A DNA stretch of 64,000 nucleotides from an uncultured Gammaproteobacteria bacterium (GCA_963729605.1 CAVSNY010000003.1:352001-416000); one strand, 5' to 3'; positions 1-11,203 are shown, counted from the first letter of the stretch. Made by a program: numbers and translations. Notes: generated from the sequence alone by a model not told the origin.

Positions 1-1
1 A

Positions 2-364
2 GCTACCGATGAAACTTTCGCCGGCCTCCTTGGTGCCTTTGACCAAGGGGTCCTGCCCGGCCTTTTCCTTGAGCTTTTTGCCGAGTTCGGTGGCGAGAAA
101 GGCCTCGCCCAGTTTTTCCGCCGCCTCCTTGTATTTTTCTTCCTCGGCCTTCGGTTTCTCGTCGCGCTGTACAGCCGATACCGGGACACGCGATAGCAAC
201 AAGTCGTCGCGCGGGACGGGCCGGCCGCTCGTCACCGCCTGGGCGGCGCGGTCGGCCTCGCGTTCGTACGCGTCATTCGGCGCGCCGATGCGCAAACTCG
301 TCTTGCGTTGCAGCCAAGCGGCGTTGCGGCTACTCACCTTGGTCCGCCGCGTGCGTTCAACCAT
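2..364 (-). CDS. eCIS-associated protein with DUF4157-type N-terminal motif (partial, runs off window)
   Basis: Not in ORF track. My translation from ATG 364 gives MVERTRRTKVSSRNAAWLQRKTSLRIGAPNDAYEREADRAAQAV; the LQRK..IG..ND.YE.EAD motif is typical of eCIS DUF4157 proteins. Overlaps the stop of the upstream gene. Confidence 0.65.
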   Translation of the reverse strand, partial: MVERTRRTKVSSRNAAWLQRKTSLRIGAPNDAYEREADRAAQAVTSGRPVPRDDLLLSRVPVSAVQRDEKPKAEEEKYKEAAEKLGEAFLATELGKKLKEKAGQDPLVKGTKEAGESFIGS

Positions 365-638
365 GGCCGTGCTCCGGCGCCGCGGCGATCGCATCGGTGA
401 CGATACACGCCAAGGCGGCACTCAATTGCGCGCCGCTGCAATCGGCGGGCAGATCGATGTTCGCGCGTACATGCGGCACGGCGGCCGTCCGCGAAGACGG
501 CGGCAGTGCGGGCAAACGGTCGCGCAGCGCCGCCTGCAACGCGGCTGTGATGGTCGCGGCGTCAATACGCGTGTAGCCGTGCAGTACCAGACGGTCGATA
601 TGCAGATGGACGGCGACGGCCGTCGCGGGCGTCTTCAT
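357..638 (-). CDS. small eCIS-associated hypothetical protein
   Basis: 93 aa with VHLHIDRLVLHG motif often seen just before DUF4157 genes; ATGA overlap with the protease gene. Confidence 0.7.
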   Translation of the reverse strand: MKTPATAVAVHLHIDRLVLHGYTRIDAATITAALQAALRDRLPALPPSSRTAAVPHVRANIDLPADCSGAQLSAALACIVTDAIAAAPEHGHG

Positions 639-1500
639 TTGAACAAGTCCGTATCCACGTATTTTTGCTTGACCATCGACCAGAAGTCGTCGGCCAAGCC
701 CGCTTCGACATACCTGTAGGGCAGCCAGCCGTAACCGTGGTCACCCCAGCCCTTGCCCCAGGAATTGCGAATCAGCAGGGCGCCTTTATGAGGACCGATT
801 TTTTTCTTGTCGTCGTAACCGACCGCGAGCACCGCGTGGCCGCCTTCGAGGGTGTCGCCTTTGGTGGGGTAGGGAATCTCGCCCTTGCCGTCGCCCAGCG
901 GCGGGATGGAGCTGTAGACCGAGAAGCCGAACATGGCCGGCAGTTCGGCGGCGAGATAACGTTTGATCTCGCCCAGCACCTTGCCCGGCACGGTGCCCGG
1001 CGGATCGAGACGGTAATACTGCACCGCCAGATAACTCTGGGCGAAGGAATAGCAGAAGGCGGTGGGTTCGTCGTTGAACTTGCTGGTGTAGTAGGGCCAA
1101 TATTTTTCCGGCGGCACGCCGAACAACACCATGGCCTTCATGGTGTCGCGCAGATAGGCGCCGTCGTCGCCCTTGACATCCCATCAGATTGCGCGTGACC
1201 TTGTAGAGAAACAGGCGCGAGGCGTCCATGTGTTTGCCGAAGGCGCGCCGCTCGTAATATTCCATCATGCCTACCGCCGCGTGGGCGGTGCAGGAATCCG
1301 AGGCTGCCTTGATCTTCGATCGGCGAACACCAAGGGCGCAAATCGACGGCGGTCGGCGCGGCCTTGCGGGCTTTTTTAAGCGGCGTGGATTGGCTCAGCA
1401 ATTTATCGACGGCTTCCGACTCCGGCGTGTAATCTCGCACGTCCGGCAGATCGTGCTGCCAACCCAGACCTAGGCCGTGTATCGTCTTCATCGTTGTCAC
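635..1500 (-). CDS. papain-like C1A cysteine protease, split by two 1-nt frameshifts (~1297, ~1180)
   Basis: Three ORF pieces join to VDLRPWCSPIEDQGSLG-SCTAHA (catalytic Cys), GGHAVLAVGY (His) and IRNSWG (Asn). No signal peptide. Confidence 0.88.
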
Positions 1501-1544
1501 TCCTTCGTATTTAAATTTTCACCCGCATGTTTGGAATCCGGTTC

Positions 1545-1577
1545 ACCCTGGGCCTCTCCCGCGAGGGAGAGAGGGTG
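1545..1577. repeat. CCTCTCCC-N4-GGGAGAG palindromic REP-like element
   Basis: caccctgggcctctcccgcgagggagagagggtg; same family as the copies at 5262-5630 and 7101-7460. Confidence 0.7.
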
Positions 1578-1666
1578 TCTTATCCGCGTCGTCGCGTTTG
1601 AGCGCGCGCGCCCATCCTGGAATTCCGAGCAAGAGAAGATTCGTAGCCGACTATTGAATTTCACGT

Positions 1667-3567
<1,901 letters not shown>

Positions 3568-3571
<4 letters not shown>

Positions 3572-4887
3572 GCGGGGATGTTCATCCTTTGCGTGATATC
3601 GAATTGCGGCGGCGTGAGTTCGCGGTTCACCAACACGCTGTCCGCGCCGTCGACGCGCAGCCGCAGCCATTGCTGACCGGCGCCGAGCGCGGGGAAGATA
3701 AAATCAAGGGTGCCGGTTTGTACGGTGATGTCACCCGGCGCTTCGTTGCCGCCGGCATTGAGGCTCACGGTTTGTCCCGGCCGCACCTGCGGAGTAAAGG
3801 TTAAGGAGATCGTCACCGCGCCGCTGCCGGCGTCGCGCACGGCGCTCGAACCGGGAATATCAAGGCGCGGCGCCAGCAGCAGGGGCAGGCTGTTGCTGCT
3901 GCGGTCGAAGGTCTCGCCGGGACGTTGCAATATCACCGTGACGTTCCAAACGCCGGGCGGCCAGGCGAGCCGGGCGGCGGCGTCATTGGGCAGGGTCACG
4001 GTGATGTTCTCGCCGTTGGCGTTGAGGCCGAGATTTATCTCGATGGGGTTGACGAGGCGCGGGTGTTCGAAACGCACGCGCACATTGCCGCCTTCGAGGT
4101 TGTGGCCTTGCAGGGTGACGACGTCGCCCTGCTGCGCGGCGATTTGCTGGTGAGGCAGGGCGATGGCGGTGAGCATGGGATAGGGCGGAATCAAACCTCC
4201 CACCGCCACCACGCCGCGTTCGCGGCCGGTCGCGAGGTCGCGTTCGCCGCGCGTCAGCACCGGCAGGGCGTTGCGCGTCGCGCGGCGCGATTCGATCAGC
4301 ACCACCGAGAGGTGGTAGGCGGCGGTGGGACGATAATGGCCCTGGATCGCCGACCAGAGTTTCGACATCTCTTCGGTGCTCAATGTCTCCGGCGTAATTT
4401 TGATTTGCTCGACCTGGTCGGCGAGATCGGCGGCGGCGAGGGCCTGAAAGGCGGGCGGCAGGATGGAGCTGTCTATCGTACCGCCGCTCAGCGCGGTGCG
4501 GATCGCCTGGCGGTCGAGCACCGGCGTCTCATGCAGCAGATGCATGGCGTAGCCCAATAAGATTTCGCTGTGCAGTTCCGCCGCGCCGTAGGCGGTGAGC
4601 AAATAGTGCAGGTCCAACGCCAGCGGTGGATTGGCGAGACGCGTGCCGCGCTCGTCGCGCGAGGGCAGGCCGACGTTGCGCCAGCCGGCATTGGGCGTGA
4701 CCTGGTACAGAAACAGATTGAGCTGGGTGCGGGCGTTGGTGCCGTCGATGGCGATGCTGTCCGGCGGCACGGCGGTGACCGTGACGTTATTGCCGAGCGC
4801 GCCGGTGATGTTGTGGTCGATGAGGCCGTTGTTGAGCAGATCGCGCAACACGGCGGTGACGGCGGCGAGGGCGAGCGGGCTGCTCAT
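3568..4887 (-). CDS. DUF4255 / Pvc16-like tail terminator (cap) protein with C-terminal Ig-like domains
   Basis: MSSPLALAAVTAVLRDLL...QLNLFLYQVTPNAGWRN...PPLALDLHYLLTAYG...EEMSKLWSA pattern; start at 4887. Confidence 0.88.
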
Positions 4888-5027
4888 GGCCGCGCTCCGT
4901 CCGATGTCGATCGCGGCGGGACGAGTTTCGCGCGGCATGCCATCGGCGGCGGATACGAATACGCCGTGGCGCGGACGGCGCGCGCTCGATACGCTGCGAC
5001 GGTAATGATGATCGGCGCGCCGTTCAT
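4884..5027 (-). CDS. possible 47-aa peptide coupled on both sides
   Basis: MNGAPIIITVAAYRARAVRATAYSYPPPMACRAKLVPPRSTSDGARP; ATGA overlaps with both neighbours. Confidence 0.4.
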   Translation of the reverse strand: MNGAPIIITVAAYRARAVRATAYSYPPPMACRAKLVPPRSTSDGARP

Positions 5028-5794
5028 GGTTTGCCTCCGCCGCGTTTGAGGTAGTCGGCGAGCGATTGCGTCGGTTTGGGTTCAGTCCGCGGACGTGACG
5101 CGGGCGGCGGCGCGGTGTTCGCCCGCACTTCGATACGGCCGATGCTGATGTGTATCGTCGGCGCGGCCGAGCCATGCCGATCCGCCATGTCGGCGGCGAA
5201 CGCGGAGGGCGCGGGTGTTTCGCTGGAATTCATTTTATTGGCGGGGACCAAGGGCGGCTGCTCCCTCTCCCCTACCCCCTCTCCCGCGAGGGGAGAGGGG
5301 AATGAAGAGGTCGGCGCGTATTTTGACGCATCCGCGGTAAATCCTGAGTTACTTGTCGGCACACTGTTTTGTGTATCGCCCGGCACAAGCCCCTCTCCCC
5401 GCGCGGGAGAGGGGTTGGGGAGAGGCTGAGCCGACATGTGAGCGACGGAGGTAAAAGCCGCATCGTCACTTTTCCTTTGCGGAACGTCCGGTTTGTTATA
5501 CGCAGCGGTTTTCTCCCCTTCTCCCGTAAAGGGGAGAGGGGACGCATATACCGCGTTCGGTGCTTTTGCGTTCCCTCCCTCCGCGCGGGGAACGCGCAGC
5601 GAGAGGGGCAGAGCCGGTTGAGGAGAGATAGAGAGAGCGTCATCGGTTCCAGACGCATTCTGTGAAATGAGACTCGAGATATCACGCGCCGCGCCCTCGT
5701 GTTCGAAGGGCGCGAACAGACTCGGCAGCCGCGGCGCGATCAAAGGCGCCGTTCCCAAACTGCGTTGCGCGAGACGGCTGAGGAAATCGCTCAT
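5024..5794 (-). CDS. eCIS hypothetical protein with low-complexity middle containing in-frame palindromic repeats
   Basis: N-terminus MSDFLSRLAQRSLG...PRLPSLF and C-terminus PTIHISIGRIEVRA...SLADYLKR are typical of this locus type; ATGA-coupled. Confidence 0.75.
   Translation of the reverse strand: MSDFLSRLAQRSLGTAPLIAPRLPSLFAPFEHEGAARDISSLISQNASGTDDALSISPQPALPLSLRVPRAEGGNAKAPNAVYASPLPFTGEGEKTAAYNKPDVPQRKSDDAAFTSVAHMSAQPLPNPSPARGEGLVPGDTQNSVPTSNSGFTADASKYAPTSSFPSPLAGEGVGEREQPPLVPANKMNSSETPAPSAFAADMADRHGSAAPTIHISIGRIEVRANTAPPPASRPRTEPKPTQSLADYLKRGGGKP
5262..5630. repeat. about four REP-like CCCTCTCCC/GGGAGAGGG hairpins inside a CDS
   Basis: Copies near 5262-5300, 5390-5425, 5511-5541 and a degenerate one at 5571-5630; translated as SPLAGEG, SPARGEG, SPLPFTGEG. 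Confidence 0.75.
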
Positions 5795-6519
5795 GACGCC
5801 ACTCTCTGTAAATAAGCGGCGCGGCGCGCGGGGCTCAGCGCGAGGATGTCGGCCTCGCGCCAGCCGTAGGCGCGCGCCAGCAGGTGGACCTCCAGCAACA
5901 GGCGTTGCGCGCGCGCGGCGACTTCGCTCCACAGGATGTGCACGATGTCCAATAACGATTGCCAGCGATGGGCGCAGGCGGGACAGTGGAGGTCCAGCAG
6001 CAGCTCGGCCCCTGGATCGGCGGCGAGCGCGGCCTCGGCGAGCGCGTCGCGCAGGGTCGGTGGCAAGGCTTCGGTATCGATCACCTCGTCATCGCGGCGG
6101 GCTTCGACCACGCAGCGCTGCATCAATAAACGCCGGGCCTCCGTGACATCAGCGGCGGTGGCCGCGGCGGCGAGATCGAAGCTGTCGAGCGGGCGTATGC
6201 GCAGCGCGTAATTGTTTATTTCGAATGTGCATGCATGCGTGTCGTCGGGCAGTGCTTGCAGCGAACCGCAAGAGAGATCGAACTCCACCGTTTCGTTGCA
6301 CTGCGGACACACGCCGCGGCCGCCCAGCCGGTCGCCGAAGTTCAGTCGGCGCAAAATGAGCAGGCGCTGATTGCGTACACCCAGAGGCAGCGCGGCCAAT
6401 TCGTCGCGTGAACACCCAGGCTCCGCCGCCGTCAGCAAGGCCAGCGCCTGATCGACGGGGTGCTGGTGCTGCGCGGTCTCCCAGAGTTGAAGGATGTCGT
6501 GGGCGGCGAGGGCGCGCAT
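5791..6519 (-). CDS. phage baseplate-like / tail assembly protein with two CxxC pairs
   Basis: 242 aa, CPQC and CPAC, C-terminal EVHLLARAYGWREADILALSPARR; follows the tube gene. Confidence 0.8.
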   Translation of the reverse strand: MRALAAHDILQLWETAQHQHPVDQALALLTAAEPGCSRDELAALPLGVRNQRLLILRRLNFGDRLGGRGVCPQCNETVEFDLSCGSLQALPDDTHACTFEINNYALRIRPLDSFDLAAAATAADVTEARRLLMQRCVVEARRDDEVIDTEALPPTLRDALAEAALAADPGAELLLDLHCPACAHRWQSLLDIVHILWSEVAARAQRLLLEVHLLARAYGWREADILALSPARRAAYLQRVAS

Positions 6520-6525
6520 ACAGAC

Positions 6526-7050
6526 TTACGCCGGCTCCGTGAAACTGGGTTCGCCGGGTTCGGTCACGTCGTAATCGCGTTCCCAGCCCTCGTTCTCCAG
6601 CTTGATGTGCTGGATGGCGACGGCGTTGGCGTTGGCATCGAGGTCGGGCAGGGCCTGGAATTCGGACACCCAGCAGCGATAGACCTTGTACGCCATGGCG
6701 AGCTGGCCGGCCTCGTTGTAGACCTCGACGATGAGGTCCTTGCGGAAATCCTTCAGCGAGACCTCGCTGCCGAGACCCGAGCCGTAGTTCCACACCTTGT
6801 TGGCCCACTTCTCGAACTCGGTGTCGTGGGTGACGCCGCGCTCGAGGGTGATGGCCTCGTATTTGGTGCGGCCCGGTGATTTACGCCCGCTGGACGGGTC
6901 GCCGCCTTCGCGGTGCTCGACGACTTCGGTACTGCGCTTCAAGGCGCTGACCTTGGAGACCCCCGCCACATAGCGGCCGTCCCATTTGACGCGGAATTTG
7001 AAGTTTTTGTACGGATCGAAACGTTGTGCGTTAACCGTGAATTGAGCCAT
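6526..7050 (-). CDS. contractile tail tube protein (T4 gp19-like)
   Basis: RFDPYKNFKFRVKWDG, EHREGGDPS..RKSPGRTKYEAITLERGVT, DLDANANAVAI. Confidence 0.95.
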   Translation of the reverse strand: MAQFTVNAQRFDPYKNFKFRVKWDGRYVAGVSKVSALKRSTEVVEHREGGDPSSGRKSPGRTKYEAITLERGVTHDTEFEKWANKVWNYGSGLGSEVSLKDFRKDLIVEVYNEAGQLAMAYKVYRCWVSEFQALPDLDANANAVAIQHIKLENEGWERDYDVTEPGEPSFTEPA

Positions 7051-7100
7051 GGACTTCTCCTTGTTTCAAAGGCGGCGCGGGCGGGGTGTGTCGATCGAGA

Positions 7101-7460
7101 CCCCTCTCCCTGTCCCTCTCCCGCGAGGGGAGAGGGGACGTAGTAAAGGAACGTGAACGAGACGTGTCTGTCCCTCTTCTCTCTTGATGAGAGGGAACGT
7201 GAGCAAGATGTGTCTGTTTCTCTCTCCCTTGATGAGAGGGGGCGTGAGCGAGAGGTGCCTTCTCTTTCCCCTCTCCCGCAAGGGGAGAGGAGACGTAGTA
7301 AAGGAGCGTGAAAAAACATGTCTCTGCCGCTGCTCTCGTGATGAGAGGGGACGTGAACGAGACTTGTCTGTTTTTCTTTCTCCTGATGAGAGGAAACGTG
7401 AACGAGAGGTGTCTTCTCTTTCCCCTCTCCCTCGATGGGAGAGGGGCAGGGGAGAGGGTG
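7101..7460. repeat. intergenic tandem array of hairpin repeats (two ~155-bp periods, seven hairpin subunits)
   Basis: ccctctccc cores at 7114, 7269 and 7423 (periods 155 and 154), each period with two further ctc..tgatgagagg..cgtga subunits. Confidence 0.85.
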
Positions 7461-7487
7461 AGTAATTAAACCGCACACGCATCGTTA

Positions 7488-9071
7488 TCACGTCTGGATC
7501 TGCCCGGCGATCTGTTGGATCTTGATCACCACGAACTCGGCGGGTTTGAGCGGCGCGAAGCCGACGACGATGTTGACGACCCCCGAGTTGATGTCGTTCT
7601 GCGTGGTGGTCTCCTTGTCACATTTGACGAAGTAGGCGTCGCGCGGACTGCTGCCTTGAAATGCGCCCTGGCGGAACAGGCCCTGCATGAAGGCGCCGAG
7701 GTTGAGACGGATCTGCGCCCACAGCGGTTCGTCGTTGGGTTCGAACACCACCCACTGCGTGCCGCGGAACAGGCTTTCTTCGAGAAACAGCGCGAGGCGC
7801 CGCACCGGCAGGTATTTCCACTCCGAGGCGAGCTGATCGGCGCCGCGCAGGGTGCGCGCGCCCCACACCACGCGGCCGATCACCGGAAAGCTGCGCAGGC
7901 AATTCACCGCGAGCGGATTGAGCTGGCCGTTTTCGCCGTCGGTGAGTTTGGTGGTGAGTTCGACCACGCCGTTGAGCACCGCGTCGTTGCCGGCCGGCGC
8001 CTTCCATACGCCGCGCTGGCCGTCGGTGCGCGCCATCACGCCGGCGACCGCGCCGCAGGGCGCGAAGTCGGCGAGGCGGTTTTCCTGCAAGGGGTCGGGC
8101 AGGCGCAGGCGCGGGAAATACAATGCGGCGTTTTCGCTGCGCGCCAGCCCCCAGGCCGCGCTGTCGAGACCCGCGGCGCCGGTGAGATCGGAGTGCAGAT
8201 TCCAGGTGCTGAGCGGATCGACCACGTACATCGCCCGGCGCTGTTTGCAGTATTGCGCGGCGGCGCTGCGGGTCTGCGCATTGACGTCGCCGCCGACCTC
8301 GCGGGTGAGCGGCGGAATGCAGAGCAGATTGAACAGGTCCGCCTTTTCCAGCGCCCAGATGCCCTGTTTCGCCGCTTCCAATGCGGCGAGCGAGATCTGG
8401 TTGTCGGTGATCGCCGCGCCTTCGTTGCCGGTGGCGGTGAAGGCGGTGGACGAGGCGTTGTCGAGCAGGGGATCGGCGCCGGCGGGCGGATTGCCGTGGG
8501 CGACGGGGCGCAGCGCCGGCACCGTGCCCGGCGGCGTGACGATGCGCACGAGCTGCGATTCCTGCTCCAATACCCGCGTGACGAAACGGGCGTTGTTGGG
8601 ATCGGTGGAGAGATTCACGTAGCGTTCGGTGACGCCGGTGGTGGTGTCGCGCACCGCGAGATTGAACAGGCTATTGGCCGGATCGGTGGCGAGCGACGGC
8701 CGCGTGTTGTGATCGACGCGCACTCGCAGTTTTTCGCCCCAACGCCCGGGACTCGCCGCGACCAGATTGAAACCCGCCGCGAGGGTGAGGGTGGCGGCGG
8801 CCGCGCCGTTGTGCACGCGCACGATCAGGGCGTCGGTGCCGCCGTTCTGAAAGAATTGCTGCACCGAGTAACTCATGCTGCTGTCGCGCCACAGGCCGCC
8901 GAAGACGCGCTCGAATTCGGCGTAGCTCTGCACGCGTACCGGCTCGTTGGCGGGCCCGCGCAGGGCGCGGCCGACGAAGGCGGTGATCGAGGTGGCGACG
9001 CCGGTGATGGTGCGGACCCCGCTCGGCACTTCTTCGATGTAGACACCGGGATAGGATAGGGTGACGGGCAT
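7488..9071 (-). CDS. contractile tail sheath protein
   Basis: MPVTLSYPGVYIEEVPSGVRTITGVATSITAFVG; RGVWKAPAG; WGARTL; WVVFEPNDEPLW; GFAPLKPAEFVV. Confidence 0.97.
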   Translation of the reverse strand: MPVTLSYPGVYIEEVPSGVRTITGVATSITAFVGRALRGPANEPVRVQSYAEFERVFGGLWRDSSMSYSVQQFFQNGGTDALIVRVHNGAAAATLTLAAGFNLVAASPGRWGEKLRVRVDHNTRPSLATDPANSLFNLAVRDTTTGVTERYVNLSTDPNNARFVTRVLEQESQLVRIVTPPGTVPALRPVAHGNPPAGADPLLDNASSTAFTATGNEGAAITDNQISLAALEAAKQGIWALEKADLFNLLCIPPLTREVGGDVNAQTRSAAAQYCKQRRAMYVVDPLSTWNLHSDLTGAAGLDSAAWGLARSENAALYFPRLRLPDPLQENRLADFAPCGAVAGVMARTDGQRGVWKAPAGNDAVLNGVVELTTKLTDGENGQLNPLAVNCLRSFPVIGRVVWGARTLRGADQLASEWKYLPVRRLALFLEESLFRGTQWVVFEPNDEPLWAQIRLNLGAFMQGLFRQGAFQGSSPRDAYFVKCDKETTTQNDINSGVVNIVVGFAPLKPAEFVVIKIQQIAGQIQT

Positions 9072-9098
9072 GTGTTCTCTCCTTTGGTGGACAGGTTT

Positions 9099-9464
9099 TT
9101 ACGGCGTGGCGTCGCGCCCGATCAGGATTTCGATGACCGCGTCGGCGCCCGTGTTATTGGTGAAGGTCAGACTGGTGGCGCCGCCGAGCAGGCCGACGGC
9201 GCCGGTGCCGATGAACACCTGCGGGCCGTCCAGGGGCACGTCGTTGCCGTTGACCTCGTAGCTCAGGTCGGCGCTGGGCGCTTGCGGATTGATAATGAGC
9301 AGCGCGACATCGGCGTTCGGTACCAGATCGACCTGTTGTGTCACGCCGTCTTCGATGCCGACTTCGAGTTTGTCGTAGGCGTCCACTTCCAGGTCACCCG
9401 CCGCCGAGAGGCTGGGCCCGTTGAGGGCCTGCGCCACGTAATTCCAGCTGATTTTTTCTGCCAT
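9099..9464 (-). CDS. acidic hypothetical protein upstream of sheath
   Basis: 121 aa, AAGGAG RBS, operon orientation. Confidence 0.75.
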   Translation of the reverse strand: MAEKISWNYVAQALNGPSLSAAGDLEVDAYDKLEVGIEDGVTQQVDLVPNADVALLIINPQAPSADLSYEVNGNDVPLDGPQVFIGTGAVGLLGGATSLTFTNNTGADAVIEILIGRDATP

Positions 9465-9546
9465 GCCTTATCTCCTTACAATATTTGGTGCGGATGATGG
9501 CGGCGTTCGGGGCGCGATGCGGGTCCATCCGCGATTTTTAAAAAGC

Positions 9547-9807
9547 CTACGGAATCGGTTTGGCCCGCGCCGAGGAATAAATCACACGGCTATCCGGCAA
9601 TATTTCCTTGCTAACCACACCGCGCTGGATCAGGCGCTCCAAGGCCCGCTCCACCTTGAACGACGTCGCGGCAAGCGGCATACAAGTCAACCACCAGCTC
9701 CGGATACCTTCCAGACTGTCTTTGCTGCGAGGGTGCTTTTCGAGGTATTGCTCAATCTCCAGCGCGATAGCATTTACCTCGGCGTCGTTGTCCGCGATTT
9801 CATTCAC
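9547..9807 (-). CDS. small winged-helix-like hypothetical protein, first gene of the operon
   Basis: YLEKHPRSKDSLEGIRSWWL...VERALERLIQRGVV. GTG start at 9807 with GAGG RBS is preferred because ATG 9867 lies inside the sigma54 promoter. Confidence 0.7.
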   Translation of the reverse strand: MNEIADNDAEVNAIALEIEQYLEKHPRSKDSLEGIRSWWLTCMPLAATSFKVERALERLIQRGVVSKEILPDSRVIYSSARAKPIP

Positions 9808-9856
9808 CGTGTGGCCTCGGCTGCGTGCGGCAACGCCGCGTCTGGCGATCACTATC

Positions 9857-9871
9857 GCAAGCGACATGCCA
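9857..9871 (-). promoter_or_regulatory. sigma54 (-24/-12) promoter of the eCIS operon
   Basis: Minus strand TGGCATGTCGCTTGC, exact GG-N10-GC spacing; a bEBP gene is adjacent. Confidence 0.85.
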
Positions 9872-9885
9872 TTAACTTTGGTTTT

Positions 9886-9898
9886 TAACTGATTGTTT
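9886..9898 (-). promoter_or_regulatory. IHF-like site
   Basis: AAACAATCAGTTA versus WATCAANNNNTTR (one mismatch), between the promoter and candidate enhancers. Confidence 0.5.
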
Positions 9899-9933
9899 TA
9901 TATGTTTCAGAATTGAGTAAGGGGAGGGTGATC

Positions 9934-10037
9934 GGGTGAAAAAACACCCATTTTTGCCTTTCGATATCTAGGCGATTGGATTTGATGCAAAAAATTAAGT
10001 GGGTCGATTTTATCCCGGTGACGGTAATTAAATACCC
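9934..10037. promoter_or_regulatory. three candidate upstream activator sites (GGGT-N8-ACCC)
   Basis: GGGTGAAAAAACACCC 9934, GGGTCGATTTTATCCC 10001, CGGTAATTAAATACCC 10022. Confidence 0.55.
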
Positions 10038-10168
10038 AATTGCGACAGGCAGTTCTTATCAATTTTTCGATGAATCCTTGAAGACGTATTTACGCGCTTT
10101 CAGTTTTAGCGCGCGCCTAGTCTACGTATCTTCAACGTCGACGACAATATTTATAAATCAGTTTTTTG

Positions 10169-11203
10169 CTAAGAAGACTTAGGTAAACGCTTGAACTCCG
10201 TCCTGGCGAGTCCGTATTTTTTGATGAGCTTGCCCAGGGCGCTGCGTTCCTTGCCGGAAAGGTCGGCGGCCAGGCTGACATTGCCATGAGTTTCACTCAG
10301 CAAAGAGGAGAGGTAGGATTTTTCGAATTGGGCGATGGCGCGGGCCTTGGCGGTCTGAAAATCGCCGAGTGTGATCCGGCTGAGACTGCGCTCGGCCTTG
10401 CGGCGATCGTACACCGGTTTAGTCTCATCGAGACTAAACCGGATCAACGGATCATCGGACACCAGGAATTGCCGGTGGATGAGGTTCTCGAGTTCGCGCA
10501 CATTGCCCGGCCAACTATAACGTAGAAAGGCGCTGATGTTATCGGGATGCAATGAGCGTGGTGCTTGTTGGTATTCCTGGGCGAAGCGCGCGATGAAGTT
10601 TTCCGCGAGATGCAGCACATCGTCGCCGCGTTCCCGCAACGGCGGCAAATCCAGACATACCAGATTCAATCTAAATAACAGATCTTCGCGGAAGAGGCCC
10701 TTGTTCACCATGCCTCGCAGGTCGCGGTTGCTCGCGGTGATGATCCGCACGTCGGCGTGGCGGATGCGCCCGCCCACCGGGCGATAGGCGCGATCTTCCA
10801 AAAAGCGCAGCAACACGACCTGCGCCTTGGGACTCATGACTTCCACCTCGTCGAGAAGCAGGGTGCCGCCCTCGGCCTGCGCGATGATGCCGGCCCGCGC
10901 GACCTTGGCATCAGTGAATGCGCCGCGTTCGCAACCGAACAGTTCGCTTTCGAGCAAACCATCGGCGATGGCGCCGCAATTGATGGGAATGAAGGGTTGA
11001 TCGCTGCGCGCGCTAGAATAATGAATGGCGCGCGCCACCAATTCTTTACCGGTCCCCGTCTCGCCTTGGATCAACAAGGTGGCGTCGCGGGTGGCCAGTT
11101 TTTTAATCAGAGACAACACGTGTAAAAACGCCGGGGAGCACCCCACCAGCTGAGTATGCGTGCACTTTTCCGCGGGATTATTGAAATGAGACCCGAGCGC
11201 CAT
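10169..11203 (-). CDS. sigma54-dependent enhancer-binding protein lacking a sensory domain
   Basis: GETGTGKE, ESELFG..GAFTDA, WPGNVRELEN, C-terminal Fis-type HTH; only ~18 aa precede the AAA+ domain. Confidence 0.93.
   Translation of the reverse strand: MALGSHFNNPAEKCTHTQLVGCSPAFLHVLSLIKKLATRDATLLIQGETGTGKELVARAIHYSSARSDQPFIPINCGAIADGLLESELFGCERGAFTDAKVARAGIIAQAEGGTLLLDEVEVMSPKAQVVLLRFLEDRAYRPVGGRIRHADVRIITASNRDLRGMVNKGLFREDLLFRLNLVCLDLPPLRERGDDVLHLAENFIARFAQEYQQAPRSLHPDNISAFLRYSWPGNVRELENLIHRQFLVSDDPLIRFSLDETKPVYDRRKAERSLSRITLGDFQTAKARAIAQFEKSYLSSLLSETHGNVSLAADLSGKERSALGKLIKKYGLARTEFKRLPKSS

Noticed and set aside
7101-7460. CRISPR array, and ORFs 6939-7478 and 7066-7491
   Set aside because: Repeats are degenerate, the intervening parts are themselves repeated and no cas genes are present; the ORFs are translations of the repeats.
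9808-9867. ATG 9867 as start of the first eCIS gene
   Set aside because: It lies inside the sigma54 promoter; GTG 9807 has an RBS.
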